A stretch of 64,000 nucleotides of DNA from Azolla caroliniana. Lineage: Eukaryota > Plantae > Polypodiophyta. The number at the start of each line of letters is the position of its first letter. Positions within the stretch are counted from its first letter, which is position 1. Shown one piece after another: positions 61,366 to 64,000 of this stretch. The stretch spans positions 15,872,001 through 15,936,000 of the forward strand of contig JBHGNT010000004.1 of the NCBI GenBank assembly GCA_043228905.1. Direction: 5' to 3'. The position numbers and the translations under genes are program-made. The notes beneath the pieces were generated by a model. That model was not told the origin of the DNA, ran no database searches, and saw only the letters and a program-made list of their open reading frames with translations.

Positions 61366-64000
61366 AGACGGGCCGGTTTTCTCCGTCCCAACTCTCTTGG
61401 CGCATACCGGAGGATGCGCGGTTAGGTGGGGGCGGATGTCGTGAAGAAAACCGTCCATAGGCGGAATCGGCGCACCTAGGCGTGGGAACCGGTTCTTCAC
61501 GCGCGCAAGCTCCAAGTTGTACATAGAAGCGAATTAGGAGGATAATCGGCAGGAACGGGCCCTAACACAAGTAGAGACAAAGACCGCGCGAACAGTCTTT
61601 TCGGTCGCGCGCGCGAGCGAAGGAACTGTACGAGTCGGCGGCGTAACTACGCGGACGCGTGAAGGACGGAGCGGATCCCTGTCCAAAGGGGACAGGGAAT
61701 AAAGCTGACATGACGGCCTGCTCGTCGGGCTATAAAAAGAGGAGGAAAGAGCTGTTGCAGGCATCTCGCGCGGAGAGGACGAAGTGCTGTCGGACCGTTT
61801 CTGGACGCTTCTCTCTCTCTCTCTGTTTCCTTCCTTCTTGAGCTCCATAGCTTTCTGTGCAGGGTTCCGAGGAGGCTCGCGCTGTTTCGAGGAACGCCCG
61901 AGTGCTTCCGGCAGCACCTCCGACCTGCAAAACCCCCCCCCGTTCCTCCCTGTTGTGCGTCGAAGCGAACAGGCATCGGCATCTGTTCGCCGGCCTGTTC
62001 GGTTGTAACCGACCTGTGCCCCATCGAGGGTTGTAGTCGTGTTAGCCATTTTGTTAATATACATATTTAGTCATTCGCATCTGTCTGTGTCGGTGTCTGT
62101 TCGCGTTCCTCGTGCTGAAGGGCCGTGTCCCTGTGTATCCCCGGTCCTGCGTAGCCGGTTCTCTCTCTTTCTCCTCCCTCGCTTGCTCTTTGGTTCGAGA
62201 CCCCCGCGGTCCCGCCTCGATTCCACACGCACTTGCGAAATATCTCGACAACGGTGTACTTCCACTAGTACCTCCTGCAATGGTGGTATTTGAATGACTT
62301 CACCTCTATTTTTAGCATGTCGCTGTCGACCAATTCTATCCACTTCCGCTTGCTCATTTGGTTCGATAGCTCCACATAATGACCTTTGGATCATTATTTG
62401 ATCTCTGTGCTCTTGCGCCATTCTTTCTGACACTTCTTGCAGTCTTTTAGCTAACCATTCTACTAGTTCATATGATGTTCCGAACTACAGAATGGCAGTT
62501 AGTTCATGTGTTGTTGCCGGAATGTTGGAAAAACTGAGTGCCTCTTGTACCATTGCCATTGATGCTTGCCCTCTTTGAACTCGTGACCTATCATCTGGAG
62601 TGACACGAGCTATTTGCGTGCTTTGGGCAGTTTGGTCGTTAGTTCTCTTTTTCTTCTGCACCGGTTGTTCTTCCTCTGGTCTAGACTATCTTTGAGACCG
62701 TTGTTTCACCCTTCGTTGTTTCGCCAGTTGCTGCTCCATGCCAACTTGTTGCGATTGCTCGTCTGTCGTCCCTCGTTGTTGCATTTTCTGCGGTTGAGAC
62801 TCCGACGGTGGAGTCGGTGATTGCTGGTTAGGTTCGGGTTGTGGTATCGACTGTTGAGACTGCGTCGACTATTGTTGTTCCGATTCTTGTTGGTGCCTTG
62901 GTTCCAGTTGGTTAGACTCGGTCCAAGTGGTATCGTCTTTCGTTGATTCTTCTTCCCTCCACTCTTCCCTTTGGACTTGTCGTCGGACTTGGGATGACTG
63001 TACTTGAGGTGTCCGACGCACCTCTAATCGGTTTTCCGTCTCTGCACTCGAAAATAATACCGATAATGAATGAGCAAAAATTGGCTTCATTGGTTTCCCT
63101 CTCCGAACTCCGTTTAGTTGCTCTCTTAGAGCATCTACCAACAGAAGCCCCCAATCGAAAGCTTCGCCTTCATAAGCGGCGATAATAAATCCGGCCCTCT
63201 TTTTGGGCATACAGTAAAATCTGGGACTAACAAACCCTACTTCTAATAAAAATTTGCAACTTCATGGAAAAACACATCCTTACCTCCCTGTGTCTGATAC
63301 GCTTTGGCAGAGGGCGAATATTCACCAAAATAGGACCGCAAAACATCCTCTATGACTTTGTTGACAGCGTCGAACCCGCCTCTTGGCATCTCCAACACGG
63401 CCCGTACCTTCTTATTCGTGATCATGGAGACATCGATTTCTGCCAATAGAGCTTCCGCGTTCGGGTGCAGCTCTGTTTCTGCGACTTTCAAAAATCCCTG
63501 TAACTTATTGCGAACGAGCCAACAACACAAGTTGTCAGATACGACAACTTGTCGTCGTCGATGAACAGATCTTCACTCAGTGAGGGCTGTGAGAACTGTT
63601 GTGGGCTATGGCGAGAAAAATCAGAAAACCTATTAGCTTGAATGCGTTTCTGCTTTTGTGGTGACACAGTCATTACAGAAATAGGTTTTAAGAGATGACT
63701 CTTTTGCATGATGCCTAGGGAATAAACGTACTATTAATGTTATGATGACTTGGCGTACTAGTGGAGTGATGGCTAGAAATAGTAATAAAGACTAATAGAA
63801 ATACGCCTCCACCACTTTTACTTACAGTCTTTTGAAATTACTCCAAGAATCTCTTCGTGAAAGTTAGTTATGATTTGGCAAGAAAATCTTCCATAGTTTT
63901 TTATTTTATTTTTAATATTGTTTTTTTATTTGGTTTTTATATTGTTTTTTTCTTTTTTCTTTTTACTTTTCTTCCGGTTCATCCTTGAATGGGTTTTATG

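Larger units (their letters stand above)
54905..62250 (+). mobile_element. Young, intact GC-rich Phygy-like Ty3/gypsy element (no chromodomain)
   Basis: LTRs 54905-55716 and 61437-62250 differ only by one CT unit and one visible substitution; TSD ACGG; tRNA-Trp PBS 55720-55737; PPT 61424-61436. Confidence 0.97.
53600..63710 (-). pseudogene. Degenerate accessory ORF of the Tat-like element (globular N-terminus, Q/E/K-rich coiled coil), split by the young gypsy
   Basis: Minus-strand fragments 63243-63530, 62869-63210, 54370-54804, 53665-54279 flank the ACGG TSD. Confidence 0.55.
53104..64000 (+). mobile_element. Putative Tat/Ogre-like gypsy element: LTR 53104-53563, tRNA-Arg-like PBS 53566-53582; runs off the right edge
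   Basis: TGTTA...TAACA termini; TGGCACGCCCGTGGG follows the LTR; interrupts copia D integrase; no gag-pol inside the window. Confidence 0.6.

Overview
Eukaryotic window made entirely of nested transposons, with no host gene. The TE families (Bryco/RLC5-like copia, Tcn1-like chromovirus, Phygy-like gypsy) suggest a non-seed land plant such as a moss, lycophyte or fern (inference). Nesting reconstructed from LTR termini, PBS/PPT and target-site duplications (TSDs): (i) copia C (15807-44730) has copia B in its 3' LTR; B has copia A' in its 3' LTR, and A' has a chromovirus in its 5' LTR. (ii) C also holds an old Phygy-like gypsy (18123-43447) whose 5' LTR is split by a ~16.6 kb DNA-transposon-like insert (26320-42922). 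(iii) Copia D holds copia A and a Tat-like element, which holds a young, intact Phygy-like gypsy (54905-62250). The main discovery is the DNA-transposon-like insert. It pairs a Sola/DUF7869-like DDE transposase head-to-head with a spliced gene encoding a ParB/Srx-like domain fused to a beta-class N6A/N4C DNA amino-methyltransferase (DIPY motif). Intron 1 of that gene holds about 13 copies of a 25-bp palindrome. Other signals: tRNA-like Pol III A/B-box modules in the U3 of four gypsy LTR families; all five Phygy-type TSDs centred on CpG; a covarying -1 frameshift pseudoknot; self-priming in the chromovirus; all eight copia insertions on the minus strand. Family names come from motif recognition only; no searches were run.
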